From: Octopus sinensis
Lineage: Eukaryota
Length of the DNA: 29,188 nt
Direction: 5' to 3'
Assembly (NCBI RefSeq): GCF_006345805.1
Contig: NW_021832117.1
Location: forward strand, 1-29,188
Positions 1-10,974 of the stretch are shown here, piece by piece. How positions within the stretch are numbered: the stretch's first letter is position 1; each line of letters starts with the position of its first letter. The notes beneath the pieces are model-generated. The model did not search any database. It worked only from the letters and a program-made list of their open reading frames with translations, and had not been told where the DNA came from. Position numbers and translations under genes: made by a program.

Positions 1-299
1 AATAGTCTAAGGCTTTACTCTTCTGGGAAAGTCTGTGGCTTGGTCCAGTTTCTTCAGAAAACAGTTTTTAAATTTTCACTCCATTCAGTACCAATTCGTT
101 TTCTTTATCGCTGTCGGATTCACTGTTTTCACTTTAATAGCTGCAAACTTGCAAAGACAAAGGAAGAGAAGGGTGATAGCGTCAGTGAAAAAATTCGCTT
201 TTTGTTTGTGTGTGTGTGCGTTTGCGTGTGGTGTAAACCAGACTAAGAAAAGCATTTGACACATACACCAGAATGTGAGTTTTCTGTAAATTTTGCTTA

Positions 300-454
300 A
301 TTGGAGTTTAAATTTTAAAAACTGGACCTGGCATGACGCGATGCATTGTACTCTTAAAATTGCTAGGTAAATTGTAATTGAAGAAATCCTATATTGTAGA
401 TTTGTATAACTCCCAAAGGGAGGCAGATAAAATCTGCCTTTTATAATAAGAGAT
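300..454 (-). mobile_element. Possible non-autonomous Helitron-like 5' end; left boundary undefined
   Basis: Minus strand reads A|TCTCTTATTATAAAAGGCAG, resembling a Helitron 5' TC end. Two small hairpins follow (AGGCAGAT-aaa-ATCTGCCT at 421-439; CTCCC-aaa-GGGAG). No second copy in the window. Confidence 0.25.
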
Positions 455-635
455 AAATCAAAACGGAAACGGATCCCATAAAATTCAAAAGTTCACCGGA
501 CAAATTTCTTCAAAACATCTCGGACTGACCTCCTACACCAGGATATGACTCCAACAATAATAACTCTTTGTCAGAGTGGGCTATGGTGCCCCATATATGA
601 CTAAAAGACTTCACTAGGTGCTGTTAAGTTAGTCA

Positions 636-638
636 TAT

Positions 639-675
<37 letters not shown>

Positions 676-724
676 ATATAGGTACATGCATACATACCTA
701 CATACACACACACATACTTACATG

Positions 725-761
<37 letters not shown>

Positions 762-835
762 ATGCGTGTGTGTGTGTGTGTGTGCGTGTGTGTCCGTGTG
801 TGTGTATGGTTGTGTGTGTATGTATGTATATATGC
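636..835. repeat. Compound (TA)n/(TG)n microsatellite
   Basis: Direct reading of the sequence. Confidence 0.95.
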
Positions 836-842
836 ATATGTA

Positions 843-1035
843 GGTACAGGACGTCACCAACTGTGTTATCAACATGAAATGCGGAGACAAATGAGTTAAA
901 TACGTAAACAACGAGAGGAAAACTGGAAAACAGGACAAGTAAACATAGAGAAACAACCCTTCATCAGTTGTCGGCTTTCTATTTACTCCTCATAACGAGC
1001 ATTCAAAGACAATATGAGTCTTCAAAGACTGTTAC
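843..1035 (-). mobile_element. Family D unclassified repeat, fragment
   Basis: GGTACAGGACGTCA and CCCTTCATCAGTTGTCGGCT match the reverse complement of 26397-26733, 4840-5213 and 15362-15535. Confidence 0.7.
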
Positions 1036-1050
1036 CTTAACGAGTTGTAT

Positions 1051-1108
1051 CGGCGGTGCAGATGTGTCTCATTGGGTGATAACCCAATGAGACACAACTG
1101 CACCGCCG
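1051..1108. other. 27-bp inverted repeat with a 4-nt loop and one mismatch
   Basis: CGGCGGTGCAGATGTGTCTCATTGGGT-gata-ACCCAATGAGACACAACTGCACCGCCG; only 1062/1097 (A-A) is unpaired. Confidence 0.95.
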
Positions 1109-1293
1109 GATGCTCCTGAACCAGTTGTTCAGTGTTCCACCCTTAAGGGCTCGATGCTAGATGTGTCGAAACAATTGTCGTGATTAATAAAAATTCTCGT
1201 ATCTTCCATCTTCCGTCTTTCATTTACCAAATACATAACAGTGTGAAGTGACCGTACTTTAACAGTAAGCTACCAGGTGCAAACCATTCGTTT

Positions 1294-1375
<82 letters not shown>

Positions 1376-1380
<5 letters not shown>

Positions 1381-1865
1381 CAAAACGGGACAAGAACGCA
1401 AAACATTCGGACAGTTAGGTGATACAAAAATGGGACAAAAAACATCCTGATAGACGATACAAAGAAAACAAGGTCGAGCCATTCCAAGTTTTCTTTCCTC
1501 AGTCGAGTACCAGATTATCTTCGCCATTTCGGCTGGTTATACTCAAGATTGCTCCAATCTGGCCAGCCCCAAGACAAATCTAAGCTAAGAGCATTAGGTT
1601 CATTGGAAGAAAGCAGCGAATGTATACAAAAACAAGGACGGTAAAAAATCGGACAACGTTACACAAATACAATAAAAACAATAACAGGACATAACAACGG
1701 GTGTCTTTCGACTAAGAACGAATTGAATTAAGCTGGCGTGAGTGGAAATGAAGCCTTACGGCAGGGATACAAGATTTCACAGGCACAGGGAGGAATATCG
1801 ACGTTGCACGGACAACGGCCAGACCAAGAAAGAAAGATCAGGCTTGGCCGAACACCGGTCACGTG
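1376..1865 (-). mobile_element. Family C unclassified repeat, near full length, between (TA)n and (GA)n
   Basis: Aligns by eye to 6168-6500, 23117-23431 and 24079-24560 (shared GGACAAGAACG, GACGATACAA and CTCAAGATTGCTCCAATCTGGCCAGCCCC or variants). Strand is assigned from the CTGARGA motif. Confidence 0.8.
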
Positions 1866-1873
1866 GGAAGAGA

Positions 1874-1909
<36 letters not shown>

Positions 1910-1939
1910 GAGGCAGGTATATATATATATTAAAAATGT

Positions 1940-2137
1940 AACTACAGGCGGAACATTGGCGAATTTTTTCTTCTTCCTTTTCTTTTGGACTCTCCGATGT
2001 CTCGTTTCCAAAGAAGAGCTTTGCTCGAAGCCTAAAGCAACAACTCTTTCTTGCCTTCTCTGGGCGTCTTATCAATACTACATCCTCACGTTGTTGTTTT
2101 TTCTTGTCTTTTTCCTCCGTTTTATTTTTTATTAACT

Positions 2138-2140
<3 letters not shown>
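1940..2140 (+). mobile_element. Decayed Penelope-like terminal fragment
   Basis: Decayed minimal hammerhead-like motif CCAAAGA-A-GAGC-ttt-GCTC-GAAG at about 2004-2038, followed by a T-rich segment and (CA)n. Same layout as 9017-9051 and 20314-20345. Confidence 0.4.
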
Positions 2141-2176
<36 letters not shown>

Positions 2177-2517
2177 AAATGAAAAATGTATGGTAAATAA
2201 ACCAACGACATAGCATAAACTGAATGTAAAAACGAACGGGAGAAAAACAAAAGGTCCGTAATTCTTCATCAGTTATCGACCAATATATACACACACACAG
2301 TTATCGATCATTATATGCGTACACACACACACACACACACATGCACACACAGAGATACACATCCATGGTATATTCAGTCTCAGCAAGACTGATTTCGCCA
2401 CCACGTCCATTCCGTTCGTTTCGTCTGACCGAGAGATTGTTTAGGGAAGTAGAAGACATCAAACAAGTCGGTCTGAGATGTTCCGTGGCACAGTTTATTT
2501 TAGCGGCGTTGATGGTT

Positions 2518-2578
2518 ATGATGATGATGATGATGATGACGACGACGATGATGATGATGATGATGATGGTGGTGATGG

Positions 2579-2622
<44 letters not shown>

Positions 2623-2815
2623 CTGATGACGATGATGATGATGGAGATGGGGATGATGATGATGATGATGTGATGATGATGATGATATGTGATGGTAGTG
2701 GTGGTGGTGGCGGTGGTGATGGGGAGTAGTTGTGTTGGGGGTGGTGATAATGATGATGATGTTGATGATGATGGTGGTGGTGAGGAGGAGAGGAGGAGGA
2801 TGATAATGATGATGG

Positions 2816-2847
<32 letters not shown>

Positions 2848-3220
2848 GTGGTGTGATGGTGATGATGATGATGATGATGATGATGATGGTGGCGATGATG
2901 ATGATGATGATAATGTGATGGTAGTGGTGGTGGTGGCGGTGGTGATGGGGAGTAGTTGTGTTGGTGGTGGTGATAATGATGATGATGTTGATGATGATGG
3001 TGGTGGAGGCAGTGAGGCTGCTGCTGCTGATAATGATGGTGATAGCGTTGGCGAGGATGATGCTGCTGTTGATGGTGATGCGGGGGATGGTGGCGATGGT
3101 GGTGGTAGTAGTAGTAGTAGCAGCGATGGCAGTGATGATCATAATGGCGCATTGAAGATGCATAGATGATGATGAAGATGCTGATGACGATGACAATTAT
3201 GATGATGATGATGATAATGG

Positions 3221-3257
<37 letters not shown>

Positions 3258-3307
3258 AATGATGATGGTGATGATGATGATGATGACAATGATGATGATG
3301 ATAATGG

Positions 3308-3379
<72 letters not shown>

Positions 3380-3418
3380 GGATGATGATGATGATGATGA
3401 GGATGATGATGAAGATGA

Positions 3419-3464
<46 letters not shown>

Positions 3465-3635
3465 GATGATGATGATGAGGATGATGAGATGATGATGATG
3501 ATGAATGATGATATGAGGATGATGATGAAGATGAGGATGATGATGATTGATGATGAAGATGAGGATGATGATGATGATGATGATGATGTGATGATGAGGA
3601 TGATGATGATGATGATGAGGATGATGATGAAGATG

Positions 3636-3666
<31 letters not shown>

Positions 3667-3716
3667 GGATGATGATGATGACGATGATGATGAAGATGAG
3701 GATGATGATGATGATT
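2518..3716. repeat. Imperfect (GAT)n/(GGT)n trinucleotide array, ~1.2 kb
   Basis: Direct reading. It accounts for the poly-M, -D, -S, -H and -I ORFs. Confidence 0.95.
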
Positions 3717-3804
3717 ATGGTGTTCTTGGATTGATCTACGCTATTTGGAATGGAATACACAATAAATACATTATGAAAACATATGCGAGAGGTAGATATA
3801 TAAG

Positions 3805-4007
3805 GGTGTGTGTGTGTGTGTGCGTGTTTGTATGAGTGTGTGTTTATGTATGTGTGTGTGTGTGTGCATGTGAGAGAGAGAGAAAGAAGAAGTCATTAAG
3901 TGCGTGTGTAGAAGGCAGCGCGAGTATGTATGTGGTGTGTACACAACGTTAAGTATTTGGATATCTATGTTGGCTCTGAGTGCGTGTTTCTGTGTGTGCG
4001 TCTGTGC

Positions 4008-4058
<51 letters not shown>

Positions 4059-4589
4059 TGTGTTGGCGTGGGATGGGGTGGGGTGTTGGTGGATTTTGGC
4101 GCATGCGCGCGTGTATGTATGGAACCGTTTGTCTCTGTGCAATATGTGTGAAGATGTTTCTGGAATATGAATTGATCAGAGTCAGAGAAAAACAGGGAGA
4201 GTTGAAATAATAAAGGGAGGAGAGAGCGGGGAGTCTGTATTTACTGACTCTGTGTGTGTATGCGTGTGTGTGTGTGTGTGTGAATATATGTATGTGCGTG
4301 TTTGCGTATGAATGCATATGTACATATATGTATGTATGTATGTATATTTGTATGTGTATGCATGTATGTATATATATATATATATTTATATGTATGTAAT
4401 ATGTATGTATGTATGTATGTATGCATGCATGTATGCTTGTATGTATGTATGTAGGTATGAACATATTTGTGTGTGTGTGTGTGCATATGTGTGAATATAT
4501 GTATATGTATGCTTGTGTATGAATGCATGTGTCTGCATATATGTATGTATGTATGTATTTTTGTATATGTGTATGTATGTGTATGTCTG

Positions 4590-4633
<44 letters not shown>
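3805..4633. repeat. Cluster of (TG)n, (GA)n, (TATG)n and (TA)n microsatellites with short unique spacers
   Basis: Direct reading of the sequence. Confidence 0.85.
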
Positions 4634-4637
<4 letters not shown>

Positions 4638-4839
4638 CCGATTTGATACTTATATCTCTATCTCTATTCTCCCTCTCATCTTTCTTTCTTTTTTCTCTTC
4701 CACCCTTTCTCTAATTCTTCTGCCTTTCTCTATCTCTCCCTCACTCTTCCTCCTTGACTCTCTCGTTGCTCACATGTGACGAACGGCTATCTTTCTTTCT
4801 CCTCCTTACGCTACGAGAGACAACACATTTTTGCTTTTT

Positions 4840-5213
4840 CCTGTCAAAGCTTGTTTCTCCAGCGTTCACCACTTCACCTTGTAATGGCTTAACAACCCTT
4901 AGCGTTTGTTTTTATTGTTTGGTTTTTACTGTCCTGATTTTGTTATCACTTTACCCCTCCGCAAATCTCAAATTCTATTTAATTTGCTCTGAGGGAACGA
5001 CTGTTTGGACGAAGACGCATTTTTCCCTAAGCTTTCGAAATGCGGAGTAGATAAAACAGGGGACAACTGATGAAGGGATTGTTCTTTATGCTGCCGGTAT
5101 CGTTTCTCTATTTGTTTCTTTCGTTGTTCGAAAAAGTTCGTTTTCCATGTTTTTGTTTTTTCATGTTTTCGTTTTTCATGTTGTCCACGTTTTTTACGTC
5201 CAATATCCATATA
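4840..5213 (+). mobile_element. Family D unclassified repeat, longest fragment
   Basis: Starts CCTGTCAAAGCTTG as at 26397, contains GGAGTAGATAAAACAG..GACAACTGATGAAGGG, and ends at CCATATATG next to a microsatellite. Confidence 0.8.
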
Positions 5214-5368
5214 TGCATGTATATATACATATATATATGCAGGTATGTACATGTATGTATGTATATATGAAGGGGGCGTGTGCATGAAAGCTGCGCATAT
5301 GCACCGGACACAGGCTTACACACATATACATACATAGACACATATTCGTATATACACACGCACGCACA

Positions 5369-5729
5369 TACTCTTTTACTCTTTTACTTGTTTCAGTCGT
5401 TTGACTGTGGCCATGCTGGAGCACCGCCTTTAGTCGAGCAAATCGACCCCAGGACTTATTCTTTGTAAGCCTAGTACTTATTCTATTGTTCTCTTTTGCC
5501 GAACCGCTAAGTTACGGGTACATAAACACACCAGCATTGGTTGTCAATATATATATACATATATACGACAGGCTTCTTTCAGTTTCCGTCTACCAAATCC
5601 ATTCACAAGGCCTTGGTCAGCCCAAGGCTATAGCAGAAGACACTTGCCCAAGGTGCCACGCAGTGGGACTGAACCCGGAACCATGTGGTTGGTAAGCAAG
5701 CTACTTACCACACAGCCACTCCTACACCT
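5369..5729 (-). mobile_element. tRNA-derived SINE family A
   Basis: On the minus strand: head with A-box-like TGGCTGTGTGG and B-box-like GGTTCAGTCCC, an internal TA tract, and a tail ending GGCGGTGCTCCAGCATGGCC...(AAAAGAGT)n. Many copies in the window. Confidence 0.9.
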
Positions 5730-5753
5730 ATATGCATATAAAATATATACATG

Positions 5754-5799
<46 letters not shown>

Positions 5800-5997
5800 C
5801 ACATACACTCTCACAGAAAATGAAAAAGAAAATAATGAAAAATATATATATAAAATTTTAAAAACGGTAGCGTCAAATGATGTCTTTGTAATATAGAAAG
5901 ATGGCTCATCTGGAAAAGATACTTGGACCCCGCTACAAATGCAGGAAATGAAATTTTGGGATCATGTCCATACGTCACAAAATACCTGCTACGGTTT

Positions 5998-6045
<48 letters not shown>

Positions 6046-6076
6046 TGTCTGTCTGTCTCTCTCCCTCTCTCTCTCT

Positions 6077-6125
<49 letters not shown>

Positions 6126-6167
6126 TATATAAAAGGGTACGTGCGGCGCTATATATATATGTAAAAA

Positions 6168-6500
6168 ATACAAACTGGGACAAGAATGCAAAACATTTAG
6201 AAGACGATACAAAAAACACGGACGGGACATTCGAAGCCTTCAATCTTCAGTCAAGAAGCGGCTGATTAATCTTGAGATTGCTCCGATCTGGCCAGCCCCA
6301 AAGGAAAATCCAAGCCAAGCGCATTAGATTCCTTGGAAGAAAGTCTCGAATGTATACAAAACAAAGACAGAAAAACAGACGATGTTACACGAATATGAAT
6401 ACAATAATACTTGAAAACAATAATGATAGTAATAATAACAAAAACAGGACGTTACAGACAGGCGTCTTTCGACAGGACGAGTAAACTTTGAGCTGGCGTG
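6168..6500 (-). mobile_element. Family C repeat fragment
   Basis: Same orientation as, and homologous to, 1376-1740. Confidence 0.75.
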
Positions 6501-6595
6501 TTACAAAAATGCCTTACTTGTTCTCTTACTTCCATTTATACTTCCTACATCCATCGTTTTCCAAAATAACTCCTTATACTGAACTCTGCTAGCAG

Positions 6596-6947
6596 AACTT
6601 ATTCTTTGTAAGCCTAGTACTTATTCTATCGGTCTCTTTTGTTGAACCGCTAAGTTACGAGGACGTAAACATACAAGCATCGGTTGTCAAGCGATGTTGG
6701 GGGGGGGGACGCAGACACACAAGCACACACACACATACACACACACACACACACACTCACACACACATACACACACACATATACGACAGGCTTCTTTCAG
6801 TTTCCGTCTACCAAATCCACTCACAAGGCTTTGGTCGTCCCGAGGCTATAGTAGAAGACACTTGCCCAAGGTGCGACGCAGTGGGACTGAACCCAGAACC
6901 ATGTGGTTGGTAAGCAAGCTACTTACCACACACCCACTCCTGCGCCT
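6596..6947 (-). mobile_element. SINE family A, tail missing
   Basis: Intact head ending CTCCTGCGCCT on the + strand; body matches the other A copies. Confidence 0.9.
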
Positions 6948-7280
6948 ATATACATATAAATTATACATATATATACATATATTTTTTAAGTCACAATATA
7001 TGGGTTCGACTAATCCGGTGGTGCTCATAAAAAAAGCTAACTGGATGGAGCTGAAGAGATGAAAACTACGACGGGTTATTCCACGGCGCTGGTCATGCTT
7101 AGCAGTAAGTGGATAATAATAACAATTAATATATAATCTACATACTAATTATTACCATATATGGTCACTTCACTTCAATGGCACTTCATCGCTGAAATCG
7201 ACGGAAATAATTCACCTCTGACCTTTAGTGTCAAAAATGTCATTTAATGAAAGTCATTTCCTCGTTGTGGTTTGCACAAA

Positions 7281-7627
7281 GAGAGGGGGAGGGGAAAGGG
7301 AGAAGGGGGAGGGGGAAGGGAGCGAGTGAAGGAGAAAGAGGAGAGAGGGGTGGATGGGAGATGCGTGAGAGAAGGGATGAGAGGTGAGTGAGAGATGAGT
7401 GAAAGAAGGATGTGAGGGTTTAGAGATTGGTGAAAGGGAGGTGAGTGATGAGTGAGAAAGGGATGAGAGATGAGTGTGATAGAGGTGGGAGAGTGGTGAG
7501 AGATGAGTGAGATGAGTGAGAGGGGGAGAGAGATGAGTGGTGGAGAGGAGAGAAGGAGGAAAGAATGGGAGAGAGAGTGGGAGAGATAAGTGAGAGGGGG
7601 AGAGAGATGAGTGGGGGAGAGTGAGGA
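7281..7627. repeat. Purine-rich low-complexity tract (GAGATGAGT-like units, G runs)
   Basis: Direct reading of the sequence. Confidence 0.85.
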
Positions 7628-7701
7628 TATGTTTTGAATCTTATTTTGTTTCACTCATGGGGCTGTGGCGATGTTGGTGCAGAGCCTCGAAGGGTTTAGC
7701 T

Positions 7702-7795
7702 CAGTGGCTCCCAACCATTCTTTACCCATGGATCCCTTTCGGTTCCTATTTCATTCTGGTGGACTCCCATAGCCATTCCATGCTTAAAAAATAAT
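7702..7795 (+). mobile_element. hAT (Charlie-like) DNA transposon end, fragment
   Basis: Begins CAGTGGCTCCCAACC, resembling the CAGTGGTTCCCAACC terminal motif of Charlie-type hATs. No matching right end was found. Confidence 0.4.
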
Positions 7796-7828
7796 TTTAT
7801 AGACACTTCTTTCGAAATTCCTATTTCG

Positions 7829-8220
7829 TTTTTACTCTTTTACTTGTTTCAGTCATTTGACTGGCCATGCTGAAGCACCGCCTTTAGTCGAGAAAATCTA
7901 CCCAGGACTTATTCTTTGTAAGCCTAGTACTTATTCTATCAGTCTGTTTTTGCCGAACCGCTAGGTTTCGGGGACATAAACACACCAGCATCGGTTGTCA
8001 AGCGATGTTGGTGGGGACACAGACACACAGACACACACATATATGCATACATATATACGACAGGCTTCTTTCAGTTTCCATCTACCAAATCCACTCAGAA
8101 GGCTTTGGTCGGCCTGAGGCTATAGTAGAAGATACTTGCCCAAGGTGGCACGCAGTAGGACTGAACCCGGAACCATGTGGTTGGTAAGCAAGCTACTTAC
8201 CATACAACCACTCGTACGCC
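7829..8220 (-). mobile_element. SINE family A
   Basis: Full head, body and tail, homologous to 5369-5729. Confidence 0.9.
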
Positions 8221-8239
8221 ACCCGTTCGCTTTTTCTTT

Positions 8240-8466
8240 TTTTTCTTTTATTTGTTTCAGTCATTTGACTGCGGCCATGCTGGAGCACCGCCTTTAGTCA
8301 AACAAATCGACCTCAGGACCTATTTCTTTGTAAGCCCAGTACTTATTTTATCAGTCTCTTTTGCTGAGACGCTAAGTTACGGGGACGTAAACACACCAGC
8401 ATCGGTTGTCAAATGATGGTGGGGTGGGGGACAAACACACACACACACACACACTCACACACACAC

Positions 8467-8507
<41 letters not shown>

Positions 8508-8675
8508 TATGCGATGGGCTTGTTTCAGTTTCCGCCTGCCAAATCCACTCACAAGGCTTTTGTCTGCCCGAGGCTTTGGTAGAAGACATTTGCCTAAGGT
8601 GCCACGCAGTCGGATTGAACACGGAGCCATGTGGCTGGTAAGCAAGTTACTTACCACACAGCCACTCTGGTGCCT
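8240..8675 (-). mobile_element. SINE family A, tandem with the previous copy
   Basis: Full head, body and tail with an internal (CA)n. Confidence 0.9.
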
Positions 8676-8813
8676 ATGGGTACGTTTGCAAAAACACTTT
8701 CTTTGAGAACACGTTCCAGGACCCGGGAACAAGTTAACTATTCAAAATGTTAGATAAAGAAACCAAGCTGTTTCTTGCAATAAATACAAGATAAATGCAA
8801 AAGTTTGTAATGA

Positions 8814-8923
8814 ACACATGGTCCGGGGTTCAGTCCCACTTCGTGGCACCTTGGGCAAATGTGCCCTACTATATAGCTTCGGGTCGACCGAAGCCTTGTG
8901 AATGGATTTGGTAGACGGAAACT
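8814..8923 (+). mobile_element. SINE family A head fragment, inverted relative to 8240-8675
   Basis: GGTTCAGTCCCAC..GGCACCTTGGGCAA..GGATTTGGTAGACGGAAACT. Confidence 0.85.
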
Positions 8924-8931
8924 ATATATAT

Positions 8932-9113
8932 AGTTTACGAAAAAAACAAAAGACGAACACAGGTGGTGTACAAAACAAACAGATGTATTAGTATGACGCT
9001 CAGGAATAGAAAAAGTCTTCTATGTTTCGAGCCTACGCTCTTCTACAGAAAGGGACACAGAAAAAATACGGAGAGAAAAAAATGTGTGTAGTGGCTAACG
9101 ATCTATCATGGCG

Positions 9114-9114
<1 letters not shown>
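8932..9114 (-). mobile_element. Penelope-like terminal fragment with a variant minimal hammerhead motif
   Basis: Minus strand cttt-CTGTAGA-A-GAGC-gtag-GCTC-GAAAC-ATA-gaag (9017-9051), then a T-rich segment and (TA)n. Confidence 0.5.
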
Positions 9115-9146
<32 letters not shown>

Positions 9147-9147
<1 letters not shown>

Positions 9148-9348
9148 GAAGGAGTCCTAGAAAGTTCCTGGCTTTGGGTCAAAGAAAATACTGTAGTATC
9201 AGTTAGTTATAATTTTATTGAACATATTCTCCTCTCAGATTCACACACTTATTGCTGCGGTCCTTCGGTTTTTCTAAGCTCAGTAAAAGAACTTGGTATA
9301 GGCCTTTCGTGGTACCCTTAAAGCCAGAAACTTTTCAGCACCTCTTCG
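9147..9348. mobile_element. Mariner/Tc1-type MITE
   Basis: Imperfect terminal inverted repeats: CGAAGGAGTCCTAGAAAGTTCCTGGCTTT on the left and AAAGCCAGAAACTTTTCAGCACCTCTTCG on the right. TA on the right flank, CA on the left within a microsatellite. Confidence 0.7.
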
Positions 9349-10974
9349 TATATTAATAAGTTTTCATTGAAGTTGCAAGAGTAGAGAAATTCCAGCTATT
9401 TCAAACCAAAACTAAGAAATCATTAATAGCAGAACTGATACGATAGGCGGCGTTGAGTAAAGGAAGTTGCTGCCGAACCGCGACTTTGACCTCGTTACCA
9501 TTTCCGGTTTTATAGCAATTTCTCTCCACTTGCATCGTTAATGCCCTTTCGAAAATAGCGTGAACAGCATCAATGGCTTTTATTTCCGTATCATCCCCCC
9601 CCCTCATCTCAATCTATTTGTGTATTCAAGACCTCGTGCCTGTGAAAGATATCAATGGTTTGGAACAAATACATTACGTAGCTGTGGGAAACTGACCAAA
9701 TTTCCGACATTCACGTCAAAAATCTGCCGGAATTATTTATTCTTCCCATTTTTGGTTTTTGTCTTTTTTGGCGCTTTTTGCTTGTTTTTGTTGCTATTAT
9801 TTTCATTGGTTGGTGGACAAGCAGCAATTTATTTTATTGATCTTAAAAGGAACAAGGGTTTTGTTTCATCCGCACATTTCCATAACGCGTCTATGTGCTC
9901 CCTTTTTTTTGCATTGCCCCCCTCTCAACATATCCATTCTAACTATTACTGGTCTATGTTATTTGTTACTGTACCCTTTAATTACGTATCTTTTTACCAC
10001 TGACATATGCACACATTTATGCACATATAGTACTTCATGGTGTCCTACATGTCTACCCCCATGTATGCACATCTGGGTATGGATTTATATGTTATCCATG
10101 TGTGCATATCTTTAGATATGTGTTTGATTTTTATATATAGATACCGACATATATGAGCGTTTGTGTATCTGCGTATATATGTATGTATCGCATATATATA
10201 TATATATATATATTATATATAATATATATATATATTATATATATACAATTTATTATGTGTGTGTATTTATATCTATGTGTGTGCCCCTTCTCTCTTTACA
10301 ACGGTATGTGTATATTTGACTGTTTTTTATATGTATACCTTAATCGTACATCTAGAAGAAGTCAATGAGAGCTCTACCGAAGAGGAATCTATCTGTCCTC
10401 GTACCTTTCAGCCTTGTCCACCAAACGACCTCTTTCGCTACAGCCACCAGGCAAAGGAAAACTCACGTGCAACTATGCCTCTACACACGTATGAGCAAAT
10501 ATACACACACTCTTCTCCTTATTAGATAATTTTTCTCCCATATTATGTGCACATTTTTGTACACTTATGTCTACCCTTCTACTCATAGATTTTCTTATAT
10601 CCATATTGGCACTACACCCCTATAACTGGAATACCACTACGACCTTGCTACCATTACATATCCTTCTCATATAATACTAAGCTGGGTTATTACTTATAAA
10701 ATAACCGTTTTTTTATATATACTCAAATAACCTAACACATCAATATCCTAAGCTTTATCCATTTTTTAAACTCTTCTCTTTCCCCGCTCACTTATCTCCC
10801 CTACATTTATTTATTTTATTTAGTTGACCAATCTTTTATTTCCAATTTCAATTTCGCTTTTTTCATCTTTATAGACAACAAGTACATACGGTTTTAATTG
10901 TAATATCAACAATTTTTTCTGTTTTTACTTACTTTTTATGCTTTATCATTAATAAGTATTGCCATTTTTTAAAT

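Noticed and set aside
2301-3760. Poly-His/Asp/Met/Ser ORFs
   Set aside because: They are products of the GAT array, open on both strands in several frames.
6991-7104. Exon candidate between TTTTTTAAG| and |GTAAGT
   Set aside because: All three frames contain stops. It could only be non-coding, and nothing else supports it.
10340-10520. Short ORF (EEVNESSTEEESICPRTFQPCPPN...) as a GIY-YIG C-terminus or exon
   Set aside because: The resemblance is too vague to support without a search.
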